Below, piece after piece: positions 12,002 to 23,400 of a stretch of DNA of 64,000 nt. Location: positions 12,834,001 through 12,898,000 of the forward strand of contig OZ004607.1 in NCBI GenBank assembly GCA_963924565.1, written 5' to 3'. The notes under the pieces are model-generated. The model made no database searches. It saw only the letters and a list, made by a program, of their open reading frames with translations, and was not told the DNA's origin. Positions within the stretch are counted from its first letter, which is position 1. The number at the start of each line of letters is the position of its first letter. Origin of the DNA: Ascidiella aspersa. Its lineage: Eukaryota. The translations under genes and the position numbers were made by a program.

Positions 12002-15000
12002 TCAGAAAGGTAGGGTTGTTTGACCCCTTTCAGGGTCAGCCATCTTCCACACATGAATGGATTTTGATTTAGGCAATGCACTGATGTCATGCGGTGTCAA
12101 GAATATGAATTGCTTGTCAGTTCTTAACAAAGCAATATCCACCATCATGTCCATGGCAACTCTCCGGTTGGCCATGTCCATGAACACATCAAACTCATCA
12201 AGACATCGCAACGGGGAATGCATTGCCTCCCAAAGTGCCAGCACAAAGCACACTGTAGAAAATGATCTCTCGCCGCCTGACAGTGCCTTTAGGTCTTTTG
12301 TCAGGGACGCACTATTCTCATGTGGTTTAACACAAATAGAAAGGGTATTATTTTCATGATCAAAGGTTAAACTGCCCACAAAACCTCTCATTCGAAGCAG
12401 GACATCAAAGTCAAAAGCACAACGTGCTGATAGTAAACGTCGCAGTTGAGAAAAGGCAGCTTCTCTTTCCTCCAAATAGTTTTCAATTGCATCTGCAAGT
12501 TTTCTTGACATTTTGATTTGTCTCTTTATGTATTTAAACTTCTCCAACACTTCATTGTATTCCCTGACAATGACCTCATGATCACCATGTGTTGTTTCTT
12601 CTTGGCTGATACGACGATTGATTTGTTTTATTTCATTTTCTATGTTATTGGGGGTTCTGCGGGTGCTAATTTTTTCTGGACAAATCTGAGCTGCCTTTTT
12701 GGATTCTTCTTCAATCCGCTCTGTTTCGTGCTTTATACTAAGTTTTAATGCTTCGACACTTTCCAAATGCTTTTTCTTTCTTTCTGTGAAATGCTTTTTT
12801 TCTGCCTTAGCAGTTTCTAGGTCACTGGAGGCCTTGTTTATTTTTTCAGTCAAGTCCTCTGCACTGTCACAAATGTGTTTTACCGATCCAACACACTTGG
12901 CCAAAGCTTGTTGCTTCTCCTTTGTATGCTTGGCAAGGTTTTGGCTATCTTGTGTTTGTTGTTCGATAAGAACATCCAGTGAACCAAGCTGTTGTGTGTA
13001 GTGAGCAACTTCATCTTCCAGGTCCTTTACATCCAATGGTTGTGGATCTTCAATAGCTTCCAAAGACTTTATTTCAACAGAAATCTTTCTCAGTTTATCC
13101 TTGGTAGCAGCTTTTGATCTTTCATAGCGGAGTTGTTCTTGATCGCTGGACCTTAGTTCCTTTTCAGCCTTATTTAGATTTTGCTTTATATTAGTGAACT
13201 TAGATTGCAACATTTTCAATATTTCCTTGTTTTTTTTAATTTCATCATCAACATTAACTTTAAGAAATTTTGATACAGCATTTTTTTTGTTGGAGTAGAA
13301 TCTGTCAATTAATACCTCATCGCCATTTCCTGTAAATGCTTTAATGCAGTTGGGTGGTGGACGATTGCATTGAATTGTTCTTAGGGCATCTTGTACATCA
13401 GGAATAACAAGAATACATTCTATGCCAGCCATATCAATTAGAAGGTTAGCAATAACAGGATCATCAATTTTCAATAGGTTTAGAACTGAACTAAACTGTG
13501 GATGTTCAACTTGACCTTTTGAGACATCATAAACTCGGCTGCTGTACTCCATTGTGTATATTACAATTCTGGATCTCTCATAAATGGAGAATGTTGAGTT
13601 TCTCAAGGCTTCAAGTATTTTTTCATCTCCATGGTTATCCACAACAAAGCTGGTCATAAAACCCCTAATTGCACACTCAACTGGTACAACCAAGTTTGCA
13701 TCCTTAACGGTGACACAAGTTCCGATAGGACCTCGTGGTTTTTTTGAGAATCGTTTTTTGTTCCATGCATCTTCAATTTTTTGTACAAAATCTGGCATTT
13801 TGGAACCAAAAAGCTGAAGTCTATTTTTTCTACCCAAAGACAAACTGTTAATAGCGTGTTTAGCTCTTCTTTGCTCGTGTTGCAATTCTTGTTCTTCCCG
13901 TTTCTCATTGTGTATATTTTCCTTGAGGCGTTGAGAAGCCATTGCAAACTGCTCAACTTGGTGGGATAAGTTTTTTACCTGTGCTTCTGAAGATTTGTAT
14001 TGTTCCCGCAATTGTGCAAGAGATTCTTCCCTTTTTTGCTTTTCATCTTCAATGTCGGTTTTTGCAGAATTCTTTAGCTCCTCAATCCTTGTCTCCAGCT
14101 CTTTTCTATCTCTAATAGTTTCCCTCTTTTGTTGCTGTGTGCGACCAAGGACGTTTTGAGAGCGCTTCTCCTCCATTTTGGCTTCATCAAAAGCTTTTTT
14201 TGCTTCTTGTTTCTTAGGTTCCAACTGTTTTACTTGGCGTTGAAAGTCTTTGACTTTCTTTTGGAGATCATCTAAATCATGTTGAGCCGCCATTTCTTTT
14301 TCACGACATTTCTCCAAAGCAACATCATATTTTGGAGTTTTTAAGTTTTCCCTCTCCAGTTCTCGTTTAGTTGGCTTAAGAAAGTGTTGCAGCTGAATAA
14401 CCTGAGACCAAGCTAATTCTGATTTTAGTTCATTTATTTTAGTTTTCAAATCTTGAATTTGGGCTAAATCTTTGAATTGCTGTTCCTTCTCAAAAACCTC
14501 TTTTTCCAAATCAGGGATATTTTTCTGCTTTCGGTTTATGATTGTTTTAATTAGAACGCCATGGTCCCTTATGTACCGATAATCATGGCTCATTTGTTCA
14601 AGCTGCGTTGCCTTTAGGAAGAACTTGTATTTGTCAGATTCGTTTTTTGAATGTAAAAAATTTTTGCTCATTTCTTGGTTAAGGCAAGTAAGGGGATTAT
14701 CGACATGTAGGTTGATTTCATCCAATATCGTGAGAAGATCATCCTTTTTTGTTGATATGACTTTGTTGCTGTCATTTTTAATCTTGTAAGAAGACTGGCC
14801 ATCACAAGTAATTCGGCGTTCCACAATAATTTTGGAACCATAAATTTCTGGTCGTACAGGTTCTGCTCCATTGTTGCGTAGCACAATTTCGATGGTGGCT
14901 GAAGTGCTGCCTGTTTTGATTAAGGTCTTCAGGGAAGTTCCCCTACTGGTATTACTAGTTTTTCCACCCAATCCAACAATGAGTGCAGTTAAAACTGCAC

Positions 15001-15196
15001 TTTTTCCGCTGCCATTGTGCCCAACTACAAAATTTACGCTGCTGGTAAAACGCATTGTCAGTCTACCGTGGCACATAAAGTTTTTTAAAGAAATGCTTTC
15101 AATAATACCGAAACCATTGGTTTCATTTTCCTTATTGGACCTTTTTGGGGTGGATGTTCCAGAAAGCGGGGTTGATGCTTTTCGTTTGGATGCCAT
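12002..15196 (-). CDS. SMC6: Structural maintenance of chromosomes protein 6, 1064 aa, intronless CDS
   Basis: Walker A GHNGSGKS, Q-loop LNQEMSK, coiled coils, hinge PRGPIG, signature LSGGERS, and the SMC6-type Walker B/D-loop CLDEFDVFMD. Confidence 0.97.
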   Translation of the reverse strand: MASKRKASTPLSGTSTPKRSNKENETNGFGIIESISLKNFMCHGRLTMRFTSSVNFVVGHNGSGKSAVLTALIVGLGGKTSNTSRGTSLKTLIKTGSTSATIEIVLRNNGAEPVRPEIYGSKIIVERRITCDGQSSYKIKNDSNKVISTKKDDLLTILDEINLHVDNPLTCLNQEMSKNFLHSKNESDKYKFFLKATQLEQMSHDYRYIRDHGVLIKTIINRKQKNIPDLEKEVFEKEQQFKDLAQIQDLKTKINELKSELAWSQVIQLQHFLKPTKRELERENLKTPKYDVALEKCREKEMAAQHDLDDLQKKVKDFQRQVKQLEPKKQEAKKAFDEAKMEEKRSQNVLGRTQQQKRETIRDRKELETRIEELKNSAKTDIEDEKQKREESLAQLREQYKSSEAQVKNLSHQVEQFAMASQRLKENIHNEKREEQELQHEQRRAKHAINSLSLGRKNRLQLFGSKMPDFVQKIEDAWNKKRFSKKPRGPIGTCVTVKDANLVVPVECAIRGFMTSFVVDNHGDEKILEALRNSTFSIYERSRIVIYTMEYSSRVYDVSKGQVEHPQFSSVLNLLKIDDPVIANLLIDMAGIECILVIPDVQDALRTIQCNRPPPNCIKAFTGNGDEVLIDRFYSNKKNAVSKFLKVNVDDEIKKNKEILKMLQSKFTNIKQNLNKAEKELRSSDQEQLRYERSKAATKDKLRKISVEIKSLEAIEDPQPLDVKDLEDEVAHYTQQLGSLDVLIEQQTQDSQNLAKHTKEKQQALAKCVGSVKHICDSAEDLTEKINKASSDLETAKAEKKHFTERKKKHLESVEALKLSIKHETERIEEESKKAAQICPEKISTRRTPNNIENEIKQINRRISQEETTHGDHEVIVREYNEVLEKFKYIKRQIKMSRKLADAIENYLEEREAAFSQLRRLLSARCAFDFDVLLRMRGFVGSLTFDHENNTLSICVKPHENSASLTKDLKALSGGERSFSTVCFVLALWEAMHSPLRCLDEFDVFMDMANRRVAMDMMVDIALLRTDKQFIFLTPHDISALPKSKSIHVWKMADPERGQTTLPF

Positions 15197-16175
15197 TGTC
15201 AGTTCCCGATATTACAGGTGGTTAGCATTCAAGTCATTTATAAACCTAAATTATTTTCAAGAACATAAACAATTATTATCAATTAATAAAAATTAACTTT
15301 AAACACAAAGTTTGTCACCAACCAATTTTATCACAAACTAATGTAGAAAGTAAGGCATGTGCATGTATTCTTTTAACAGATATTTAAATGTTGAATTTGC
15401 ACCCTAATTCTTCAAAATTTGAAACTTTTGATATTACACTGGGGAGAGGGTTTTGTAGTCTAAAATTGTGCGGCTGCAATAACATTATTTTTAATGTTTT
15501 CAGAAAATGAAGTCCTTAACTGAAAACTGTTAGTGCCAAAAATTTTGTGTGTTTAATTTTATTGGCAGGGCACTTGCAAGATCTTCCATACTTTGCAGAC
15601 TGGGTGTCAGGGGCAGCATTGAAAAAACTGTATGACCAGTCTGCATTCTGCGACAGATGTATATTTGACATATTTTAAGAGAAATTTGTGTGCATACCTA
15701 TTGTCAGAAAAATCAACACTTAGCTTGTTTCAGTATATTTTTATATTGCAAAACTAAAACATCAATCAGAAATAAAAAAGTACTTAGTAACAATCTGCAA
15801 TCCGTTAAGCATGCATGCCGAAATAGCTATCAGAGTAAGTCAACGTGACCATAATCTGAAATAATAAACAAAAAGCTAGCTGCTGCCTGTCGCGTTTATT
15901 GCTTGCCCAGGTTAAAAAGTTTGACATGCGCGGGGATTTATCTCTTTTTGACACACATCTGTAGTGACAAACTCAGACGCAGCTATGAAATTAGTTCAGT
16001 CACAAAAACTATGGGGGCAGTAAACACGAAAAGCTTTTTTTTTGTCTTTTTAAAACCATCAGTAGTAATTTACTTAGAGCTGCGCAAACTTTAGAAGTAT
16101 CGTTATTACAGTGCAGGCGAAACCTTGAGAGTGTTCATATTACAGCCGCGCATTTTCAAGCTGCTTAAATATCTC

Positions 16176-16371
16176 GGTGCTGGTCTACAATCCTACTACA
16201 ACGATAATTATTTGGGTTTGCGTAGGTAAGGCAATATTATTAAATAATAAATATAATAGTACTTGGTCCACCCCCACGTAAACCACTAACCGACATCCTA
16301 ACCGAAATATTGTGCGTTGCTTTAGTTATTGTTTCAACGCTGTGCCTGTGGTACGGTTCTATACCAGAGCC
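16176..16371. mobile_element. GGCGCT-terminus TIR element (family copy 1)
   Basis: ggtgctggtctacaatcctactaca ... tgtggtacggttctataccagagcc; internal cctaaccgaaatattgtgcgttgc is shared with ~51729-51752. Confidence 0.6.
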
Positions 16372-17048
16372 ACGCAATCAAACCAGCATACGTATGGTGT
16401 AGATGTTGCTGCATTTAAGCAGTCGACGGGGGGTGTACGTATTATGCATGTGCTTTTTCCAAATAGCGCCGAAAATTATCTTTAACCAGGAACGCTAGTC
16501 GTACTTGGCGCTAAAAGCTCAAATACAAACATCACAGGAACCACAGACAGTGTGTTGCGGTCAGAGATGTTAAATAGAAACGTTTGCGAGAATCTGCTGG
16601 CTGGCGGCTGACAAAAGTAATAAAAAAGTGTAATCTCGAAACTTTTCTTTATTTTTACGTGTGAGCTTTCCTTTTTTTTTAAAGTCAAATTTATATTAAA
16701 AGGTCGTAAAATATAACAATGTTTCAATGAATAATTTTGCCTAATTTTTAACTGATAAATATTACAAATAAGCAAAATCAAATAAGTTCGGAAATAAAAA
16801 TTTCTGAACTTCGTTTAAACTGGGTAATTTTTTATTTAGTTAAACATTGCTTAAAAAGTTTGGCACCAGAGGGCACAACCCATCCATCCATGCATATCTA
16901 AACAGGGTGCTTCAAAACTTAAATGACAGACTATGCTCTAAAAACTGACATACTTTTCGCTGTTAAAACTGATAGGAAATCATATATATCGCTGCATTCT
17001 CTGCCAAAATGATTGACTTAAATTTAAAAAGTAAGTGCGCTTTAGTAG

Positions 17049-17256
17049 GGCGCTGGTCTACAATCCTACCACATTTAACAGTAACGAAACGAGTCGTCAA
17101 AGTTGAAATTGAAGAAAGGCATAAATATGTAACAATAAATATAATACTAATACTTGAACCACTCAAAGGTTAAGTTGAACCCTAAACCCTAACTCAAATA
17201 TTGTCAACAATATAAACCCTTGGACGAAAATGTGGTAGGATTCTAGACCAGGATCA
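17049..17256. mobile_element. GGCGCT-terminus TIR element (copy 2)
   Basis: ggcgctggtctacaatcctaccacattt ... aaatgtggtaggattctagaccag. A sister copy lies at ~17590-17765. Confidence 0.7.
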
Positions 17257-17295
17257 GATTTTGTTCTTTAGCATAGGAAAAATATAGGATTTTTT

Positions 17296-17567
17296 GGCGC
17301 TCTTTCACTATTGTACGTAAAAATTAATAAAAAAATTTTTTTCTTCAAATGCCGCATACCACAACACATATAACTTGGGTTAGGGTGCGGGTTAGCGTTT
17401 GGTTGAGGGTGGGTCAAGTTATTATCAATAATAAACATAAAATTACTTGACCCACCCTCACCCAAACGCTAACCCGCACCCTAACCCAAACAATATGCGT
17501 TGTGGCATGCGGTATTATTATTTTTTGTTTTTGCATAACTTTTCATGTACAATAGTGAAAGAGCGCC
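17296..17567. mobile_element. ~270-bp foldback element with GGCGCT ends and telomere-like GGGTTA/TAACCC motifs
   Basis: ggcgctctttcactattgtac ... gtacaatagtgaaagagcgcc, with inner arms gggttagggtgcgggttagcgtttggttgagggtgggtcaagt / acttgacccaccctcacccaaacgctaacccgcaccctaaccc. Second copy at 51199-51448. Confidence 0.85.
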
Positions 17568-20499
17568 GATTTTTTTACTGTACGTTTTGTGGCGCTGATT
17601 TAGAATCCTATTAGAATACCAAAATGAGTCAACATTGAAATTGCTAGAAATAAATAAACATTGGAGAAAAATATAATAATAACCTTTACCAAATCAAACA
17701 CTAACTAACTCAAATAATGTTAGCAATGTAAACGCCTGGACAGAAATGTGGTAGGATTCTAGACCTTATTCTTTGTATTATGTGGCATGCTATATTAGAA
17801 GTTAACATCTATACAAAATAGGTGTACTCTGGTTGTAATGTTGTTTTTAACTGGACAGTTCAGCATACAGCTTGTTTGAGAAAATCCATTGGATTTGGGT
17901 ACTCATTGGGTACTGACAATATGTAGGATGCATGTAGTGCTGTTGATAAATAAACCAGTCCAATATTTTAGTTAATTATTTCTAGTTGTACAACCTCAAA
18001 ATCTGATAAATAAATGCAATTGTGCTTTTCAAATTGTGGAGAATTATTACTTGTATTTCATGATAATGTTCTTGCTTAAAGCTTTATCATTTTCAAACAT
18101 ACCCTAAGAGTTAGCAGTTTTTTAAATTATTAACATATTGTTCTTACACCTTTAGTAATTAATTGTTCTCAGATAACTTATGTCACAAATATTTAAAAGA
18201 CTTGGATTTATTTTAATACACATTTGCCACAAATTTTAATTGCATTTGTGGAATTATATGTTAACCATGTTTTGTAATACTGTAAGATATTTATATAGTA
18301 TGGAAGATTTATCCTGATATTTTACAACTTACAACTTTGTAATGTTTTAAATGGCTTAATTTTAACGTTAAGCATTTTTTTTTTAATTTTTTTTCAAATG
18401 CACCACCGTCGATGCGAGCATAGAGCTTTGATTTAATTTAAAAAATAAATTTGTAAAAATTAATAAATGATTGATTACTATACATCAACTTTCTTGTTTT
18501 TTTTGTTATATCAATATTTTTTTAATTGCAAATCATATTTGATTGACTTGATTGCAAAGTTCACATTTCTATTTGTTTACTGGTACTTTCTTGCATAGAA
18601 CTTCACCTCCAAAATTCTTTGGCATTTAATGTTTGCTCAAAACACGCCAGGCCAAGTAAGTTTACAATGAAAAATACCCTTTCTGTTATATATATTTCAG
18701 TATTTTAGTGCAGTATACCAACAAAACAAATGTTTGAGTATATCTTTGGCTGCCACCATATATAAAATGTAGGTTACACCTGACTGTTCCCTGGGTACTT
18801 AGACAGACATTGTTTAAATTAATAACCTATGTTGGTTCAAATAAAATGGACAAAACCAAATGAAGCGTTTTGGTAAACTTTATAGCATTTTTATGTGAAT
18901 TATGAGTACGTAACACTGGCAAAATGTGGTAATTAATAGGTATATAAAAATATTAACTGTTATTGCTAAGTTGACAAGACACTGTAAAGTGTATATCTGC
19001 CCTGGTGGACAACTAATGTCAATTTTTTGTGGGGCCCATGCACTCTTCTTAAAATTTACTGAAATTTAGAAAAAAATGTATTTTCTATTTAAATATGCTT
19101 TAACACTGTATATTTTCTCATGTTTTATTTCAAAAAAGTAAATTGAATGAAAAAAAGCTTAAAAAAAAGAAAAGAAAATCTTCCGTCATTACAATGAAAC
19201 TCCATATTTTTCACTGTGACAAACTAAAAGATTTTATAATTAAATATGAATAACATATTAAAAATTATTCAACCTTTTTTAACTATAATATATGAAGAAT
19301 AATTCTATGAAACAGTACAATAATATTGTGACCATCCTACTGGTTTAATTTTTCTTTTTTTTTATAAATTTTAATTTGCAAATACGTTTTATTGATTTTG
19401 AAATCAGAATTTATATAACAAAAAGCCATCGTACAAACCTGGCAAAGGAAAGTTATCATATTTACTTTACTTTCTATTAATTTTAAGTTTAGGTGAAAAA
19501 AGTAAAATATTGTTAGTATTGCTTTGCTCTTGTTTTTTTGGAGACCTTTGTTATTGATTTTTAATTAAAAACCAATCAATGTTTATGGCAGCATGTAGTA
19601 TTACTAATGTTTTTAAAAAGTTGAACTTTCTGCAGTAGCCTACAGGTCTTACTGCGCTATGTTGTCTGGTCATGCTTTATCAGGTGTAACAGAGTTGGAC
19701 TTGTGAATGCTTCACAGGTTTGAGAGGCTGCATTTTGCAGGTTTCCCTTACCGCATGGTTCCTTTATACGTTTTAAGGTCCATGTTAAGATTGTTTAAGC
19801 TTTTATTCTTTTTAAGCTTAGGTAATATGCAGTATTGCTGCTGCAGCAAACAAGAATTATTTTGCGCCACTGGATTTTCTAAATGTTACAATGAATTATT
19901 AATTACTGAAATGATGGCATCATTTAAATGTTTGGTTGGATGGCGCTCCATAAGTAAATTAATATTGATTACAATCTACAGTTTGCAGGTAACTGCTTTT
20001 GTAGCGTGCTGTAATTCTTTGAAATATATATATTTGAAAGAAAATTTCCTTAAAACATATTATTTTTGACAAAAGGAATATTTATTTGGCTATAGAAACT
20101 TTTGTATATATGGTATTTAAATATTTCCTGCTTCTATAAAAAAGGCCCATGTCCAATTTTAAAAGGAAAGTATTGCATAATATTAAGGTTAATAATGTGG
20201 GATAAAAATTGCTATATTAAGTGGACACAATTCATTGATGCTGTTATTTTTTTTAATAAATTAATATTGTGTAATACTTTCTTCATTGATGATGTTATTT
20301 TTTTTTAATAAATTGATTGTTTGAATGTTGAAGAAATTTTTATAACAACAATTCTGAAATTGTATTAATTCAGTACATGTGTTAGTTGTAGTACTTGTAA
20401 GATGTATTGGCATCCTGGCAAAGTGTTTTCTATGGGCACCCGCTCAAAACACAACCTTTCTTTTGACTGGCTGTTAAAACAATGTGTAACACTCCCAGA

Positions 20500-23400
20500 A
20501 CGCTTGTCCTCTGTATGATCGCCTGGATACTTCAGTTACAGTGTTACAATCAAATCCGCTTTGTTTGAGCGTTGATTCCTGATCACGTGTGTTGTGTATC
20601 CGATTTAAATACTGTGCCCACTCGCTTAGTACAAATCGATGCTGCTGGTTAGGGGGCTGGCAGCATTGTCGGCAGAGAAAAGTGTACATGGATAGAGTGC
20701 GGCGCCACAGACATTTCTTCCAAGACGTTTTATTGCGAAAGGACGCCACAGTCCTGTCTATCGTGCTTGTCTTGCGCACACTGCTTCTTTTCGCGGTGTT
20801 TCCACATTAACGTAGCGCGAACCGCATGAGTGGGCTTCAGGCTGTCTGCTAACTGGCGGCGTTGCTTCAGGCTACGCGCGGTGGTTATTGCAGGAGCGCC
20901 ATCAAAACACATGCAGAAATTCGAATTTTGCGGTTGCTAGGTGAGGCGCCGCATTTCTCGCTTGCAACCTTTCCACATTTCTGAGGCGACAAAATTTAGA
21001 TCTTTTGGAAAGAAATGTTTAAATGCAAGTCGATTGCGAAAACCGAAAATTTCAGCCAAATACCCTTGTACCTCGGTTTTCTCCCGCAAAACAACGCGTT
21101 TTCCTTTTTAAAGAGGGGTGTCGAATTACGGATTACGGTCTTTTCACGCCGTGATTGTTGAAATTATCTTCGATTTCCAAGCAGAGGGAGAGACACGCGC
21201 AAAACCCGCTAAGGGAAAAGAAACGAAACTAGCGAGAATGGAATGGCCAACAAAGCGCGACTGTCTCCAACGCCGCTGAGCAATGCCGTCGAAAAAAGGG
21301 CAAGGAGCTCGGTGGCGCGGCGCTCGGGAGGGGAGATGCCTCATTGAAACCAGTTACGCATTCGCAAGCAACTGTCCAAGGCCGGTGTGTTCCCATTCGG
21401 TCGGGTTTGCCCTCAGCGAGAGAAAGGCCGGCGCGAGGGTTGACTCCGCTCTTCTAGCATTGATTGTTTTTGCTACCGCTTTGGGGAGCAAGTCTTAGCT
21501 TGATTCCTCGCACGCGCGCGCGCTCTCTCTCTCTTTCCCAGGCGCTTGTGTGTGCCTTTCTGGGGCGCGCGAGCCACCGGCGGCGGCGACGACGGCGGGC
21601 AAGAATGGTTGTATATGTGCGCGTATGGATGCGTGCGGCGACTTGCTCCTGCGATGCGACTCGAACTTTTTTGACTTGCCCGTTTCTTTTTCCCAGGCGC
21701 GACCGCGCTCGATTCCTGCTGTCGTCTACCTCTTTATGTCGACTTCATTCTTTTGATTACAATTATGCCCTCCCGCCCGCCGCCAGGTTTACTTACTATG
21801 CACGCATCGTCGGTTCGCTCTCGCGGGCCGCGCGTTATTAGCAAAAGATTTTTTTCGCCTTTTTGAATAGCTGCCGTCCGTTTGCTGTCCGGTCACGCCT
21901 CAGCGACGTCGGCGACACGGCCTAGGTTTCTCGCTATGTAAGTTTTGTGTCGCTTTAACACGCGCAACCTGTTTTGTCTTTGCCGATAGTCGTCTTTTAA
22001 AAGGTGTCCCCGAGAGGCGTGTGTTGTCGTAAGCAGACATGAAACATCAGATCGTAATGATTTGGAACGCCTCGTTGTTAGCGTTGTGCTCAGGGTGTGT
22101 TAGCGAATCTTGATTTGTGTTTGGGCAGTTTGCTATCGCTGCGATTCAAAGCGGCAAAAATCGAGGCGCGCGTGCCGCCAGAGCTTTGGACTGCTTCGCA
22201 ATAATGGGTGCCGATTGATGCCTGGAGAGGCCGGCGTACACATATCGAACCTGATTGACGCCGTCAATCAAAGGAGACGAGCAGTTGGCGCGTCTAGTGC
22301 TTGCTAGCAGGGCAATAGCAGTCGCTTCACGGCAAGCTTAATCAGCAGATCGGTAAAGATAAATGTTTCCCCCGAGATGTGTCAGATTCGAGTTGGTGTC
22401 TTTCCATAACCGCGTGTTTAATTAGCACGGTTGCAAACTGGAATGTTGTCGGATCAAGTAATAAGCGATCTTAATTGTAGTTGTGTATCTGAGATATATA
22501 AGAACACGTGGTACACTCAAATGTTGATTTGAAAACAATTTTATTAATTTGTTCTCCAAAGTGGTTTATAACAATTCAGACTTTCGTTTTACCACATAGT
22601 TGTAAAAGTAATAGTTAGAAAGGTATTCTGTGACATTACTCCACATTCGCAACAGAATACACAAAACCAAAGAAAATGTCGATGTTTGTCGTTTTTTAAA
22701 CGCTTGAAAGTAATGAGGAATTAAAAATGAGCGCGGAAGCACAACTCACTCTGTGACGTCGACGGCGTGGTCGCCACTGGACCTAATGTTTTATGCAACA
22801 CAAATGTCTTTGCTTTCTTTACATTGGTATTGATTTTTCTTGTGATATAATTCTCCCGGGATGCGACGGGCAGGTTCTTGGTGACGCGCTACAGAAAACT
22901 CGCAGTTATTCTTAATATGGCAGCGTTTGTTAAGTCGTAAAAGTGTTTAACTGGCGTATTTTGCTTTATTGGGATGTCGTTTTCGCGCTGTTTTGTTGCC
23001 GCGCAAAATTTCGGAAGTGTATTGGCGACAGTTGAAATGTCTAGCCGTGAAAAGTTTCTGTCGACTTTAAACCGGTGGCCCGTCCCCCCTGAGCAGCAAA
23101 TTATTTACCTTTTGAATGGGTGCAGCCAAGGAAAGGGGCGGTCGACAAACAGCGATCGAACAGGGCGCATGATAACCGTTAGTTTTCTACCTCGTGGTGT
23201 TTAAAAGTGGACAAAGTGTTTGCAGAGTTTGTAACGGGGAGCCAGGCCGGGTCTTACTTTTCTTCGTCGTTAGGTTGCTTGCCCCCAGCCCATAGCCCAC
23301 CATATCACGTTTGCCCTGCGCAAAGCAAATACCGCGCGCTTTGTCACTCGCTGCAGTACTGTTTGTTTTTCTCGTTATAATAATTATGTACTTTCCATGT

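Noticed and set aside
12002-15196. Prokaryotic-style SMC defence system (Wadjet/Lamassu) suggested by an intronless SMC in an operon
   Set aside because: The protein is canonical eukaryotic SMC6 and its neighbours are animal genes.
12057-15296. Several + strand ORFs (60-141 aa) antisense to SMC6
   Set aside because: Shadow ORFs of the real coding strand; no independent motifs.
17370-17490. Inverted TTAGGG-like repeats as a telomere fusion relic
   Set aside because: Only degenerate motifs, and the same structure recurs at 51.3 kb as part of a dispersed element.
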